Translations under genes and position numbers: made by a program
From: Lepidodermella squamata
Lineage: Eukaryota; Animalia; Gastrotricha
Reading direction: 5' to 3'
Assembly (NCBI GenBank): GCA_047495785.1
Contig: JBLDXI010000046.1
Coordinates: 1 to 64,000, forward strand
Length of the DNA stretch: 64,000 nucleotides
Notes under the pieces: generated by a model
Database searches by the model: none
What the model saw: only the letters and a program-made list of their open reading frames with translations
Told to the model about the DNA's origin: nothing
Shown: piece by piece, positions 12,379-24,707 of the stretch
Position numbering within the stretch: position 1 is the stretch's first letter
Layout: each line of letters opens with the position of its first letter

Positions 12379-13009
12379 TTTTCTTTGCCGGGAAAGAAAA
12401 ACGAATGTTTACGCCAAACCATCAGGTGTGTTGTTTACCTGGGGTTTTTTTCTCCTCTAATTCGCCGCTTAAACAAACACGAAAAGTGCGTTCGGATAAT
12501 CTCGGTTAATTGACATTTTTTATAGGTATCACATTTCACTCACGGTTTTGGGAAGGTGAAAAACTCTTGAAAATTTGTCATATTTTTTGCATCCTCCGAG
12601 TACCGAAATTATTACCCGGTTATTTACCCGTTCGGTTCATCAAGTGCAAATAATGGGGAATTTTAATTTCTGCGATTTTGTAAATTTTATTTTATTTTAT
12701 TTTGCCACGTTAAAAAAACGAATAATTTACTGTCGCAGCATTGAAAAGTGAAAAGACGCTTGAAAATAATTGAGAGGGTAAAAGCCTTTAATGGTAAAAT
12801 TTGTTAAGAGAAATGTTTTCTCTTACCTGTGTGTTATTTAAAACAAAGGAAACATGTTCAACGTGTTACACAGCATCTCACTGATAAGATGCGCAAAAAA
12901 GAGCGGCTGCTATTGTGTTGTATTGGCGCCAACTCGCTAAAATTTGCGCATTCTTGCATGACGTGAGAAAACGTTTGTCTCAAATTACGTATTTTTCGAC
13001 GAGGAAAAA

Positions 13010-15776
13010 ATGAGAATATTTTTTCTTATACTAGGACCAATATTTCTAGTGGGCGGAGCATCAGCAATTTTTTACCACGGTAATTTGAAAATTAAGGAGG
13101 ATTTTTTATTTATTTTATTTTAATTTTTTAAAAGCAAATGATCCGTGTAATTTGATACCACAAGACCTACTTCGGTCCCAGCTCTGCTGTAATGGAACTG
13201 TTTACGCCGACCCGCCTTTCATTTATACTTGCTGCTATGATTTCGTGTGCTATCGAGTCAACAACATGCCAGTCAATGTTCGCTCTATTTTTTCAATTTG
13301 CGAATTTCAATTTTCAATTGGCATAATTATAAAAATTGATTAATGACCCCTATTCTTTCGAGTTTAAATCAATTATAATAATTGATTTAAACTCGAAAGA
13401 ATAGTCGAAAGAATAGTCGCTTGATTTTGCTTGATTTTGAAAAAATCCAAAAAAATTTAATTTTAATTTTTAATTTTTAAAAAATTTAAAAAATTTCAAA
13501 TCTTAATTTTTCTATTTTTTTTTATAAAATTTTTCTACTTTTTCATACAGCCTGAAATTCTTCATGCGATTAGCCGTTACGTTCCGGCAACGAAACCCGA
13601 GCTGGCTTCGGGTAGCAATGGCGCCCCGCCTGGGGTGCCTCCAACGCTGGGTGTCTACACGCCTCCCGACTACGACGCTTATCAACCTTCACGGCTGTTT
13701 CATCCAGTTTCAAACGAATTCATCTCGACTGATAATTCAACAGCGGAGAAACCGAAAGATTCAGTCACCCTGAAAATGGTTAATGCAACAACCATAGCTA
13801 CGACCTTAGCCGCCGGGTCAGGGTCCAGCACGCAACAGCCAACAACTCGGAAACACGTGATTGTTCATCATGTTAAATCGGCTGCAAGTATCGGAAATAG
13901 CAATGTGACCTTGAAAAATAACTCGGAGGTTAATTCTGGTTCGGGAGGATATCAAGCGTTGGACCAGGCGGGTCAAATCCAACTTCAGCAGCAACAGCAG
14001 CAGCAACAAATGGAGAGTGGCCCATACCAAGTGCCATTCGGGAATTTCAACCCATTTTCGATGCCACAGCAAAGCAATCCCCTCAATGTACGTTAAAAAT
14101 GTTACATAAATTCAGAAAAATATTCAGTAAAAGTTTTAAAAATTATCCAATATTTTTTAATTTGAATTTTTTGAACCTTTTAAAATTTCGAAAGTTCAAA
14201 ATCCTGAGATCAGAATTTGAGAGGTAATTTTTGGAATTTTTGTTTAATTTTTTATATTTTAATTTCAGTCCTATTACGTCCGGAACCAAGGTCCAGTTCA
14301 CCAATATTTCCTGCCGGTAAGTTAAAATCAGCTTTCTCATTGATTTTTTCGTTTGAAATTTCAATTTTAACAAATTTTTTTAGATGGGAAAGCAATTTTG
14401 GAATCCGATTCATTCGATGTTGCACAATTTTGCGTCGCAAGACATAGCTGGGCCAATACTCCAGCAAGCAGCTGGAGAAACCACGGAAATTCCCGAAAAT
14501 CATCCCCAATTGGGAACAACTAAATTGAACCCTCAATTCGCGAACGGATTTTTCCAACACGCGAATTTAATGCAATTTATTCAAAGCATGTTCCCGAAAG
14601 AGGTACCTATTGACGTAGCCGCGACCTCGACTACAACGGAAAAAACTGCCACTACGACTACTACTACCGCCGCGATTTCGACAACCACGAAAAGTTCGAA
14701 TAATGACCCGAATTTGTGTGATGGGATCAATTTAGGGTTGCTACAACAAGCTAACCCAAGTTTGGCCTGTTGTGCGAAAACGGTGATTTACGACTCGAGG
14801 CTGTATTCGTGTATCGAATCTACGACTGAGGGCAGCACAACTTCGACTACTGCATCGCCGAGATTGGTCAAAATTACAACGACAGCAGCGGGAAAATTGG
14901 AAAATTTAACTACTTCGACCTTGAAGCCACAAATCGAAATTGCTCAAATTTTATCCGAACCTATGGCTGGATTTTCGTCGAATTCTGTTAACGAAAACAT
15001 AGGAGAATCAAATGTTGGAAAAATTGCTGAGATGGAAATTGCCGCTGGTAGTGATGCTGATAATAGAAATAGCAGTAGCCCGACTGTCTCGTTGAATCCG
15101 GCGAGGAGATCGGCGAAAAATTCGGCGGCGGCGCAAATCACCAACAACAAATTACCGGCTGATTTTGTTCAACTAACTTGCGGAGTAAGAATTTTGAAAA
15201 TTAAAGCACCTAATTAAGTTTCAAAGTTCCAAAACATAAAACAAAATTTTGAAAATTTTGGAAAATTTAAAAATTCAATTTTGGTAATTTAAAAAAATTA
15301 TTTTTCAAAATTTAATTAATTTCAATTTTTTATCAATTAATTGATGATCCGTGGTATGAATTTTTTAAACATTTCAGTCGCTTGAATTTTAGGTTTAATT
15401 ATTATTGTCAAAAATGAGGTCATTTTTCAAGGTCATTCAGGCTGAATTTTAATGGGCATATGTTTGATTTATAGTGATTAATTTTAATTTTATACAGATC
15501 CATGAATATTACATTGACCCGTCGATATCGGTCAAATTTGCGTGCTGCGGCGATGCCGTGTTCGACGTGACAACCGAGCTCTGCGAACACGTCTGGGGTA
15601 TGTACTACGCCATGGCAGCGGTGCCCATCGACGAACAGGCCCAGCAACAGCAACAACAGCCAGGAAAAACAGCAGAGAAAAATGGCCAGCTGAAATCGCC
15701 GGCCCGTCTCGATTGCAGCGAGTTGAAGACTTACATCTTCGGAAGCCCAACAGCCGCTGCTAAATTTAGTTGCTGA
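13010..15776 (+). CDS. Secreted protein with galaxin-like Cys-Cys repeats and Thr/Gln-rich linkers, multi-exon
   Basis: Signal peptide MRIFFLILGPIFLVGGASA; motifs LCCNGTVY..YTCC, LACCAKTVIYDSRLYSC, FACCGDAVFDVTTELC; polyQ/polyT linkers; GT-AG introns. Confidence 0.7.
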
Positions 15777-16111
15777 AGAAAATCGATAAAATTTTCATCA
15801 CGAACATGTAACTGCTTTGTTGCTTATTATGTAAAATCTTTGAAAGATCATTTTTAATAAATAAAAAAATTGCGGAAAAATAATTGAACAAATCCACCTT
15901 AGAATAAAAAATTGTTCCATTTTTGCTAAAATATTAGATAAAAATGCAAAAGGTGAATTAATAAGAAATTTGTAATCGGTAATGTCCTTATCTCGCCGAA
16001 ATTTACGATAAAAGGAACAGCACTTCCTTATCAGTACAATGAGCACTAAAACCTTGGTTCAGCGGCCTTCTTTTATTTTTTTTTAATTTCCCTGAGTCAT
16101 CTGGAATAGTT

Positions 16112-16786
16112 ATGCCGAAAATCTTCATTTCCCTAATTTTTCTTTCAATTTTTATTGAAAATTCTGGTGCATGGTTGACGCCGAGTAATGGTGAAAATGA
16201 CGAAAATGAGGACGATTTTTTCGGACGAACAATCGACCCTTATGATACTTACCGGAATTACCCGGCGGAATTCCGCAATAAAAACCTGCCAACCCTGGTT
16301 CAAAGTTTAAACACGAACGAGGAGGCTAGTTTTCAATTCAAACGAATTTACACCGTGCCAGTCTTGCTGTTAATTGCCCTATTTGCTGGGCTATTAAAAT
16401 ATTTCCTGCGTATGGTCACAAATTCGGATAGGAGGTCATCGTCTAGCGGCAACGGCAATAATGCCAGCCTGCGTTTTGGTGACCCAGACGCGCGCGAGAG
16501 GCTGATTTATAACGATGACCCAGTTTTCGACCGGCGACAGCTTTTATTTGGCCATTTAGACGAAGCTCCGCCCCATTTTTCAACACTCGATTTCTCGAAT
16601 GAATCATCATCGCAACGTGGTGAAAATAATGCAGCAAGTCTGTCACGGAGTCTACCTGCTCCAATGCCGGAACACATTTTAGACAAACCGCCGACCTATG
16701 ACGAGGCTTTGCAGCAGATTTTGCCGCCATCACCTACAACTCAGCCTGGCACTAATAACAATCAGCAGCTTATTAGTGATCAATGA
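16112..16786 (+). CDS. Single-exon type I membrane protein with PPxY (PPTY); divergent paralog of 7083-7673
   Basis: Signal peptide and TM segment. EEASFQFKRIYTVPVLLL ~ QEATFPFKPVFGIPIFIF; GHLDEAPPHFSTL ~ GHVQPYDAPPAYDTL; TNNNQQL ~ TNNNNSL. Confidence 0.85.
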   Translation: MPKIFISLIFLSIFIENSGAWLTPSNGENDENEDDFFGRTIDPYDTYRNYPAEFRNKNLPTLVQSLNTNEEASFQFKRIYTVPVLLLIALFAGLLKYFLRMVTNSDRRSSSSGNGNNASLRFGDPDARERLIYNDDPVFDRRQLLFGHLDEAPPHFSTLDFSNESSSQRGENNAASLSRSLPAPMPEHILDKPPTYDEALQQILPPSPTTQPGTNNNQQLISDQ

Positions 16787-17317
16787 TCGAAGCACTCGTT
16801 TAAAAAAATCAATAATTTAACAGTATTTTTCATGATGGAAATAAAATATGGTCACATTTTTGAGACAATTTTTCAATTAATTTTTGAGGATTCGGCGGAA
16901 ATTTTAGGACATCGGGCTGAACTGAATGATGAAGCAATGATTTTTATAATATTTCGATTCATTTCAGTTGAATTATGGAACAAGCTTGAATTACCGGCGA
17001 TTTTATCGAAAAAATTGTCATATAAATTTGATTATTTTTTTGAGCTTCAAATCGTTGTTGTTGTGGTCGTCAGCTGAGCACGCGACTCAAAAAAGCGAGT
17101 AGGCTTTGATGAATGAAGAAAAATCGCACGATTTATTCCTGCTTTTTTTCGTTCTTTTGAACAACATTATCGATCTTATCAATTTCTTATCCATGCGAAT
17201 TCTCTACGCAGGAAATTTTGTTCAGCCGAATGATCGAGTTTGAAAGACTAGAGGCTAATAATAAAAGATCATTGAATCTTTTTGAACCTTTCTTGATGCT
17301 GGTTCTTTTTGTTAGGA

Positions 17318-18593
17318 ATGGCGCCATTTTACGTAATTCTACTTCTAATTTCACTGTTTATTGCTTCGAGTGCTTCGAAATCAGGCGGAGTTACCGTTTA
17401 CTACAAAGCTTTTATGAGATCTAAATTCTGTGAAGCGGATCTTTCAACGCTGGAAATCTACGCCAGCTTGGAGAAAGCAGTTCATTGGCACGACGAAACA
17501 CCTACCTGGGACATGGCAGTTTGCACGGAATCAATCGACGGCGATCACCGTACGAAATGGCCATCACCGAGGATTGACCTCAAGTGCTCAATTCCTGGCT
17601 GTAACGTGACGTTACCTCTGAATTCAGACCTGGAAGAAGAGCAGCGTTTCTTGGACAAAAATTGCCCTCGAAATGGCCCGATTTACTTCGGAGATTTCAT
17701 GAAGAAATTCCAGTCGGAATCTGATAAAATCTTTTCCAGAATCTTCTACGAAGGAAATGTTCAACAAAGCTTGATTATCGTACGCAACCAAAGCTTGGAA
17801 TGGGTTGGATTACTTGTCGAAGATGATCCTGGCTTCGCGCATTGCTACGGCGAGGAGACCTTTGAACTGTTCGAAGATCGGAAGCTATTACCTTTGGCTA
17901 AGATGGAGGAAATCGATCCAGATGATTATTCATCGGTGGTTTACTTCATCATGCGTATGCTGGACGCATTCGAAGATCTCTATTGTGAGTTTTTGACCTA
18001 GTTTCAGACAATCGATTATCTGTACCATTTTTTCAGCTATCGATCGGCATGAAATCAACGTGAAGTTGGCGCAGGATTCCAAAGCTCGAAATGACCTTCT
18101 GGTTATGATGGAATACTACTCCCCAGCTTCAATTATTACGACCTTCGCTGTTCTGATTATTCTTCTCGCGGTGATCATCACGATTCCTCTAAGCTGTATC
18201 GTGCTTTCAATCCTTTTGCCTTGCCGTGATCCTGAGTGGAGAGCTTATTGTTGCTACTTCTTTTGCTGCAAAGAGACTCGTGCCACCGAAATCCGAACTG
18301 CTTCTCGAATGGTCGATACAGAAAATGGGCAAGATATCAGATGTCTCAAGGTTGGATCTGAAAATGGAGGCAATGGAAGAATCAAATCCATTTACCCGGG
18401 AATTCCACGGCAGGAAATGGAACTTATCCAAGCCATTACCGCAAGTATCAATGCTCGTTTCTCGGCATCTCAAGCTGGAAAAGATTCAGATGGCTATGGA
18501 CAAGCTAACATAGGGCTGCCTAGTGCTCCTCCGATGGAAGTTGCCGCTCTTCAAGCTGATTCCTTATCGCCGTATGCAACTGCAATGCTTTAA
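17318..18593 (+). CDS. Type I membrane protein with unknown Cys-containing ectodomain, juxtamembrane Cys cluster and PSAP tail; exons 17318-17984, 18037-18593
   Basis: Signal peptide MAPFYVILLL; phase-consistent GTGAGT..TTTCAG intron; TM segment followed by CCYFFCC; LPSAPP. Confidence 0.85.
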
Positions 18594-18748
18594 AGCTTTT
18601 TTGATCTGAACCTTGTCTCAATGTCCGTAGATCAAGGGAATTCAAATGTCCCTTTCAGTATGAATCTTCCAATGATGAAAGATGAATGCTGATCTATTGC
18701 AAGTGATTGAATTTCAATTTTTATGCTTTAGTAGTTTACTCCTTCAAA

Positions 18749-20249
18749 ATGATTAATTTGATAACATTGTTCCTGATTTTGGGGGTGCTGGAGTCAATCT
18801 CGAGTGGCGAGATCAAAATCTACTTTCGAGGTTCTGCCTTGGCTGAAAGTTGCACCGGCAAGTTGGGGCTTTTCAGCATTTCCGCAAGCCAGAAAGATTC
18901 TGGTCGAAATTTGATTAAAAGGCATAACGGCAATTTCAAGCAGCGAGTATCAATCTGCTCAGGTTATGTTGCTGAAAGCACTGGCGTAAACTCCGAGCTT
19001 CGATGGGACGTGCCACCAATTTTGCTGAACTGCTCCCTTCCGAGTTGCCCGAATTACTTCAATTTTTCACCCCGAAAGTTGATGCCTCGAAAGTGCGACT
19101 TCCAAGGCCAGCGAGATAGATCCGGCGATTTTTTTACTGAGAAATTTGGTTTTCACCATCTCATCTACCAAGTTGGCTCTGACGGATCGGGACATGCGTT
19201 TAACCTCAATATTTTTGAATATGCTGACCTTGCTGAATTTGAGGATCCTTTGTTTCAACATAGCGATGTGGTTCAATGTTACGGCGAACTGGTTCTCAAA
19301 ACAACAGGTAGGCGGCTGCATGGCCGTGTGGATAAAAAGACGACAATAAAGCTCATAAGCTCAGGCGTTGACTCGGACGAGGCGAACATCAATGTGCGGA
19401 GAAATCGAGGCGAATCTGAGACAACCATAGAGAACATAGTGATCTCATCTACGTTCTCTATGGAGAGAACTAATATTTCGATTTCCGAGCTCCCGTGGCA
19501 CATTCGAACCTCAAAAGTTATCCTTGATCGATTGGAGAAGTACTTTAGTGAGTTCTTATTCCTTTTTAAGAAAAGAACAATTCAAAAAATTTAAGACGGA
19601 TTTTTTAGCTTTAATTTCCCGGGTTCGGCTTCAATTTACTTATTTTGTTTAATTGTTCGCAGCTGGTAAGGAGATCGAGCCTGATTTAAGCTCATGGGGT
19701 TCGACTGTTATGAGCTACGGCGTAGAAGCTCACTTTGCTTTCGCAATGGGATGTCTCGTGGTGTTATGCGTTATCTTATGCCTTCCAATTTGCTTTATGG
19801 CCTGTTGTTGCCCGCAACATCTCAAAACTCGACGCCGTTCTCGAAAAACTATGCGATCCATCCGAACTGGTGTGAGACTTGGCAAAATGCTTGGCAGCTT
19901 GGTAGGTGGTGACGATTTCATGGATTCCGATGATGACGATAGTGACGACTCAGATTCCGGATCATCCGACAGCTCTTCATCTTCGGAAGAGGACGAGAAC
20001 GTCGCTACGACTTCTTTCACGGTCCATTCTCGCGGGAAGAAGCGAAGAGGAAATAAGCGGTGGAGGGCTCATCATGGCTATCCAGCTTACAATCCAGCAG
20101 CGATGTACCCGTCTTACCCTCATCCTCAAGGTCCGATCTTCTCGACTATGGTGGCCCCGTCTGCTCCTATCGCACCAATTACTACACTGCCTCAGTATCA
20201 ACATGACACTAGCTATATTCAAGCTCCTTACCAGCCTGGTCCGATTTAA
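18749..20249 (+). CDS. Paralog of the 17318 gene; exons 18749-19547, 19663-20249; acidic Ser/Asp tract and Pro/Tyr-rich tail with PSAP
   Basis: Signal peptide; shared ectodomain blocks; equivalent phase-1 intron; TM followed by MACCCP; VAPSAP, YQP. Confidence 0.85.
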
Positions 20250-20355
20250 GACTTGGCAAGATGCCAAAACAATCCTAAATGAACTGTGATCTGTGAACAA
20301 GAACTCCCACAATGCAATTATTTTCAATTTATTTTTGTCTTTAATTAGGAGAATA

Positions 20356-21183
20356 TTATTTTGTTGATTGAATTATTGGTTCTGAACTGCGCTTTTGTGT
20401 TCTTGGCCTGGCCGATGATTGCTTGTAAGTTGGCATTTGCAGGAAATACTCGCGATGATACGTCGCAATATGGCCATGCATCGCATGAAATTGCCTGTAG
20501 CCTTTGAAGCAAACCGGGCAGGCGAATTTATACAAATCGCTATGGATCAGCTCGTGGTTCTTCAAACTGAAATGAAAAAAAATCATTAAAATTTCAATTT
20601 TTTGTGAACATTTTCAAATTAGGTTTGTTTGGTTAAACACTCACCTGCACTTATAGAAGAACTTTTTATCGCAGGTGCTGCAGGCGTAAATTCTCGACTT
20701 GCCATGTTCTTTGGCCACATGTCGATTTCGAACAACTTCCTGCTTGAATTGAAGCCCGCAAACTTCACAGCCGAACAGCCGTTGCTCGTTGAAGTGAGTC
20801 CGACGCATGTGAACCTCCATAGCCCAATCAGCTTTGAAAACCTTGGAGCAAAGTGGGCACGCCACATCATCGCTTGACATCACGATTTTCGGCTTGGGAT
20901 TGGTGATTTGCGATGTTGAAGATTCTTCACTGACTGGCGGAGAAGTTGGATTCGGCGAGCTGGAACTTGGCGCAGGGGAAAATTGGTCGTAATTCGAACA
21001 CCCAGGCTGCTCTTGCAAGAACGGGAAATCTGGAGTTGGCAGCCTGCTTTCTTCTTGGATCATTGCAGGCTGGTACGCAGGATGGCCATGGAAGTGAACG
21101 GCGTGGTCATAGAGTTCGAAATTGCTATCGAAAAACAGCCCACATTCGTTGCAGATAACCTCTCCGTAATATTGTGCTGCCAT
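20356..21183 (-). CDS. C2H2 zinc-finger protein (two exons, ~20644-21183 and 20356-20567)
   Basis: CNECG..H...H, CPLC...HMRRTH, CEVCG...HVAKEH, CSTC...HELIH, CPVC...HIATYH. Confidence 0.9.
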
Positions 21184-22081
21184 TATAAGCTAATGCAAGT
21201 TTAGTTAACTTTTATTCTCTTCTTCGGTCTAAACCTCACAGAATGAACGAAGCACATACTCATATACATACGAGGCTGGGGTGGATGAGATTTATTTTCA
21301 AGTAATTAACAACTGTCATGCTATTTTTTGTTGCGTTAATAAACAACTGCCACGGCGAGTGGGCAACTTCACGCAGCGTCAAGCTATACAGCCCGCGCCT
21401 ATGTAATTTTCTTTCTAAAAAGTTGATCTATCTTCTCTGCCGCTTTTTGTATGCTTCATTTGATGTGTTTTCGCCATTTTTTGATATTTTTACTAAAAAA
21501 AAACAGCACGTTACGCTGAGTGGTTTGCATCAACATAATGAGCAGTAGAATTCACCACGAATCACTAGGAAATTCATTACCCCTAAATTTGGCAACCTAG
21601 GAAAAAGGAAAGTCCGAATTGAGAGGCGGCTGTTGGAAAATAAACAAAATGCTATGGAACTCTTCATTTGAAATAAAAAACCCGAGAAGCTCTGTTAAAC
21701 CGGGTAAAACCCGAAAATTACCGAAAATCGGGTTTTCCTGGGGTTTTCAATTTCTTCGGCGAATTCGCGGTAAAATTCATTTCGCATGTCAGATTTTGGG
21801 GAAAAAAACATAAATTGTCTCGAAAACTGAATGATAATGCGGTGGCATTTTCCAGCTGAATTTGTAGACTCTCCTTAATCAAACTTTTAAAAATCAAGTG
21901 CAATTGTTTTTAGCAGAGTTCCGTGCAGTGCTTAGCAGTTACGAAACTCGAGTTACAGTTGCCAAGTTAGCTACAGATTTTCTTATTAGTAACGCAATCG
22001 AGGCTACTGAATTACCTATCGTCAGTACTTACATTGGAGAAAACTCGAAAAAACCCGATTTTCGGTTTTTACCCGGTTCCA

Positions 22082-22228
22082 GAGAGCGAAGTACCGCTGA
22101 AGATGGTAGGGATCATCCCTAAGAGTTCCATTGGTCCGCAAGGTGAACTCGGTCAAAGACCAAATGGGGACCCTTATGTCGATCCGCCTTATCCTAACCA
22201 GTTCTGCTGTCCCACTTCGCTCTCTGCC
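22082..22228. repeat. Dispersed short repeat with AGAGCGAAGT...ACTTCGCTCT ends; inverted relative at ~60562-60705
   Basis: Shared segments such as GCGAAGTACCGCTGAAGATGGTAG and GGGACCCTTATGTCGAT, read as reverse complement at 60.6-60.7 kb. Confidence 0.65.
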
Positions 22229-22468
22229 CGGTTCGATCAATCCCGTTGACAATCTCTCCGACTTTCTGACCTTTGTGATACATTCCTTCGGTATGGCCTG
22301 TTCGAAATGGAAGAGCTCTAACTATAGATTCCATAGAAATTTAATAAGGTGGCAAAATCGTATTTATTCATTTGGAAGAAATTAGCGAAGCCAAGCTCGC
22401 AACATAGGAAGCTCTATTAATTGTCTAAACTAAGGAAGTCTTTCTTTTGCATCAATTTGATAGATTTA

Positions 22469-24707
22469 CTAATGTTCCTCAGGATGCCAGACGAACGATT
22501 TCGTCGGTTTCATCGTTGATCGAGACTTGTTAGCTTGCGACGGCATAGGTTTAAGATCGCTGAGTGCAATTGCAGCTCCCTCAGTTTCCGTTCCTTCGTC
22601 GATGAACTGGTGTACAGCAGCTCGTGGGGCTTCGACAACGCCGAGGGGTAGAATCTCGCGTTGATACACGTCGTTGATGATCTCGGACATGCCGGTGTAG
22701 AGGGCGCATAGACCGCATAAGACCCCATCGGAGCCTGCGATGATCTTGACAACACGGGATGCTTCTTTTTCTTCACGATAAGCCAAAAAGTCTGCGACAG
22801 CTAGCAGGACAAACAGAATCTGTGAAACCGAAAGCAATTATTGAGTTTAAAATCGAACTGAGAAGAAGAACGAAACATATGTAGAAATATGCTAAGAAGT
22901 GTTTCATGCATGCCTAAAAGTTTATTGCATTTGCAAAGCATATGGTATTGCTCTGAAACGTTCTCATGGTCAAATTGTATTTGTCAACAATTCTAAGAGT
23001 TTCAGGGGATGCAGATCAAGATTTTTGAATCCTGTTTGTCGTTATATCTCTCATCGTTAAGACCGCACGGAAATTGGTTAAAATAGCCCTTTCCTCCCAG
23101 CTGAATTCAGTCGATAAGTATTCTAATTTCTGTATCCCATGCCCCATGCTTTCAACATTGGATTCTATGAAAATTCCTGAACTACCAACCAACCAATATT
23201 AGAACCCTGAACCTAGGAGTCTTTATTTTAGCTACAAAGTGCCCTAAGCTGGGTTTCCAGCTTATCGGTTCCTACACGGCTGATATCGAGAAAAATCACT
23301 GATTGGTCAAATCGATACTTGGAATCGATATCGGCTCTCTAAGATGAAGTATAATTCGTACACTGACCACTCATAGTGCGGATACGCGTAACATGAAGAT
23401 CTATCGGTTTGGCAAGATAAAAAAATGTGAGATTCTAGTGAAGACAAACTCGAAGAAACTCGAAATTAGGGGAACCTTAATTACCTTAATTAGGGGAAAT
23501 CTTGTGATAGTCTCGAACTTAGTGCTGGAACCCAAAATTTAGGGTGCACGCTAGGCACACCCATCTTTTTCCTCAAGAATTTGGCTACAGGCTACAGATA
23601 TTAACAAATCGGAAAGCTCTAAAAACTTTAGTAATTCTTGGTAATTTTTTATAGTTCCAGAGTCCCGGAACTTCATCAATCGATTTTGACAATTAGGTAG
23701 ATGAATTAGGATTATTTTTGAGCTCGAATTTCGATAAATGTTAAATGTTAAAAGCCGGTAAAAGGTCTCTAATAGATGGGGAATGCATAAGATGAAAACC
23801 AGACCCAATTTGGGTGACTTTTCTATTTTTCGATCGCTATTGATATCCAGCCCGAACATTGGATTCTTAATTTTCACTTCAAGTTGCCCTATGCTATGTG
23901 GAAAAATTATCGATGATAGTTTCCAAGCCGTTTGATATCGGAATCGATACTTGGAATCGATACTTGGCTTCCCAAGACGTGAAACTCGAAGTCTCATCAT
24001 ATGTTGGGTTTCGGAGTCTCAAATTTAGACTTAGAACCCTGAGTTCAGAGTTAAATCCAGAGTTTAAACCAAGATTTCTTGGTAAAATATTCAAATAAGT
24101 TGAAAAATTCTTTTAAGCCTATATTGTTCCTAAATTTTACAGAGACTTTGGATATTTAAACTTATTACTATCATTTTCCTATATATAGGAATGTAGGAAT
24201 ATAGAAATATAGGAGAATAAGAATATAGGACGATTCCGAAATAATTGATTTTTCAGACTTACATCGACTGTGATGAAGGTCAATCGAAGTGACCAGGTGG
24301 ATTTTGGCCGCCAGATGCAGACAGTCATGCATATGCTAAACAGCAGCCAAACCATGAGGTACAACCCTACTGCTAGAGGATTCGGCCCAGGTATCTAGAA
24401 AATTAAAAAAAATTGAATTAAAAATTAAAATAATTCTAAAATTTACCGGCGTAGTCGGCGGTTGGAGGTAGAACAAAAGCACGTAGGACAGCCAGAAGAA
24501 AGCGTAGCCGAAAAACGCGATTGAAGCGAGCAGTTGCTTCTGAAACAGAGCGATAAACGCGCCAACAGCCTGCATACAAAATCCAAGAGCAAAGCCCATG
24601 GCGAGGTTCATTGAATTTAACGGGAATACGGTACAATTGGCGAGATTCAACACAACAGTTGCGAGGCCAAAGCCGAGCAGGCCGAATGGGCCGGCAATTA
24701 TAGCCAT
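22469..24707 (-). CDS. GPR1/FUN34/YaaH (SatP/AceTr) family acetate/succinate transporter, 247 aa; exons 24447-24707, 24263-24394, 22469-22819
   Basis: AGPFGLLGFGLATVVLNLAN (cf. SatP [21 protein letters not shown]); AFFGYAFFWLS (cf. AFTSYGSFWLT); VGLYLMVWLLFS; GVLCGLCALYTGMSEIINDVYQREILPLG (cf. GLICGASAIYLAMGEVLNEQFGRTVLPIG). Two phase-0 GT-AG introns. Confidence 0.9.
23279..23342. repeat. Dispersed repeat core (ATCGATACTTGGAATCGATATCGGCTCT), about 7 copies in the window
   Basis: Related copies at ~2515-2565, 3430-3480, 23930-23970, 25640-25705, 46985-47030 and 58590-58645. Confidence 0.7.

Noticed and set aside
23551-24098. ORFs inside the SatP intron
   Set aside because: Repeat-derived intronic sequence with no recognisable protein features
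22469-24707. Bacterial contamination explaining the SatP-like gene
   Set aside because: It has two GT-AG introns containing repeats found elsewhere in this window and has animal genes as neighbours
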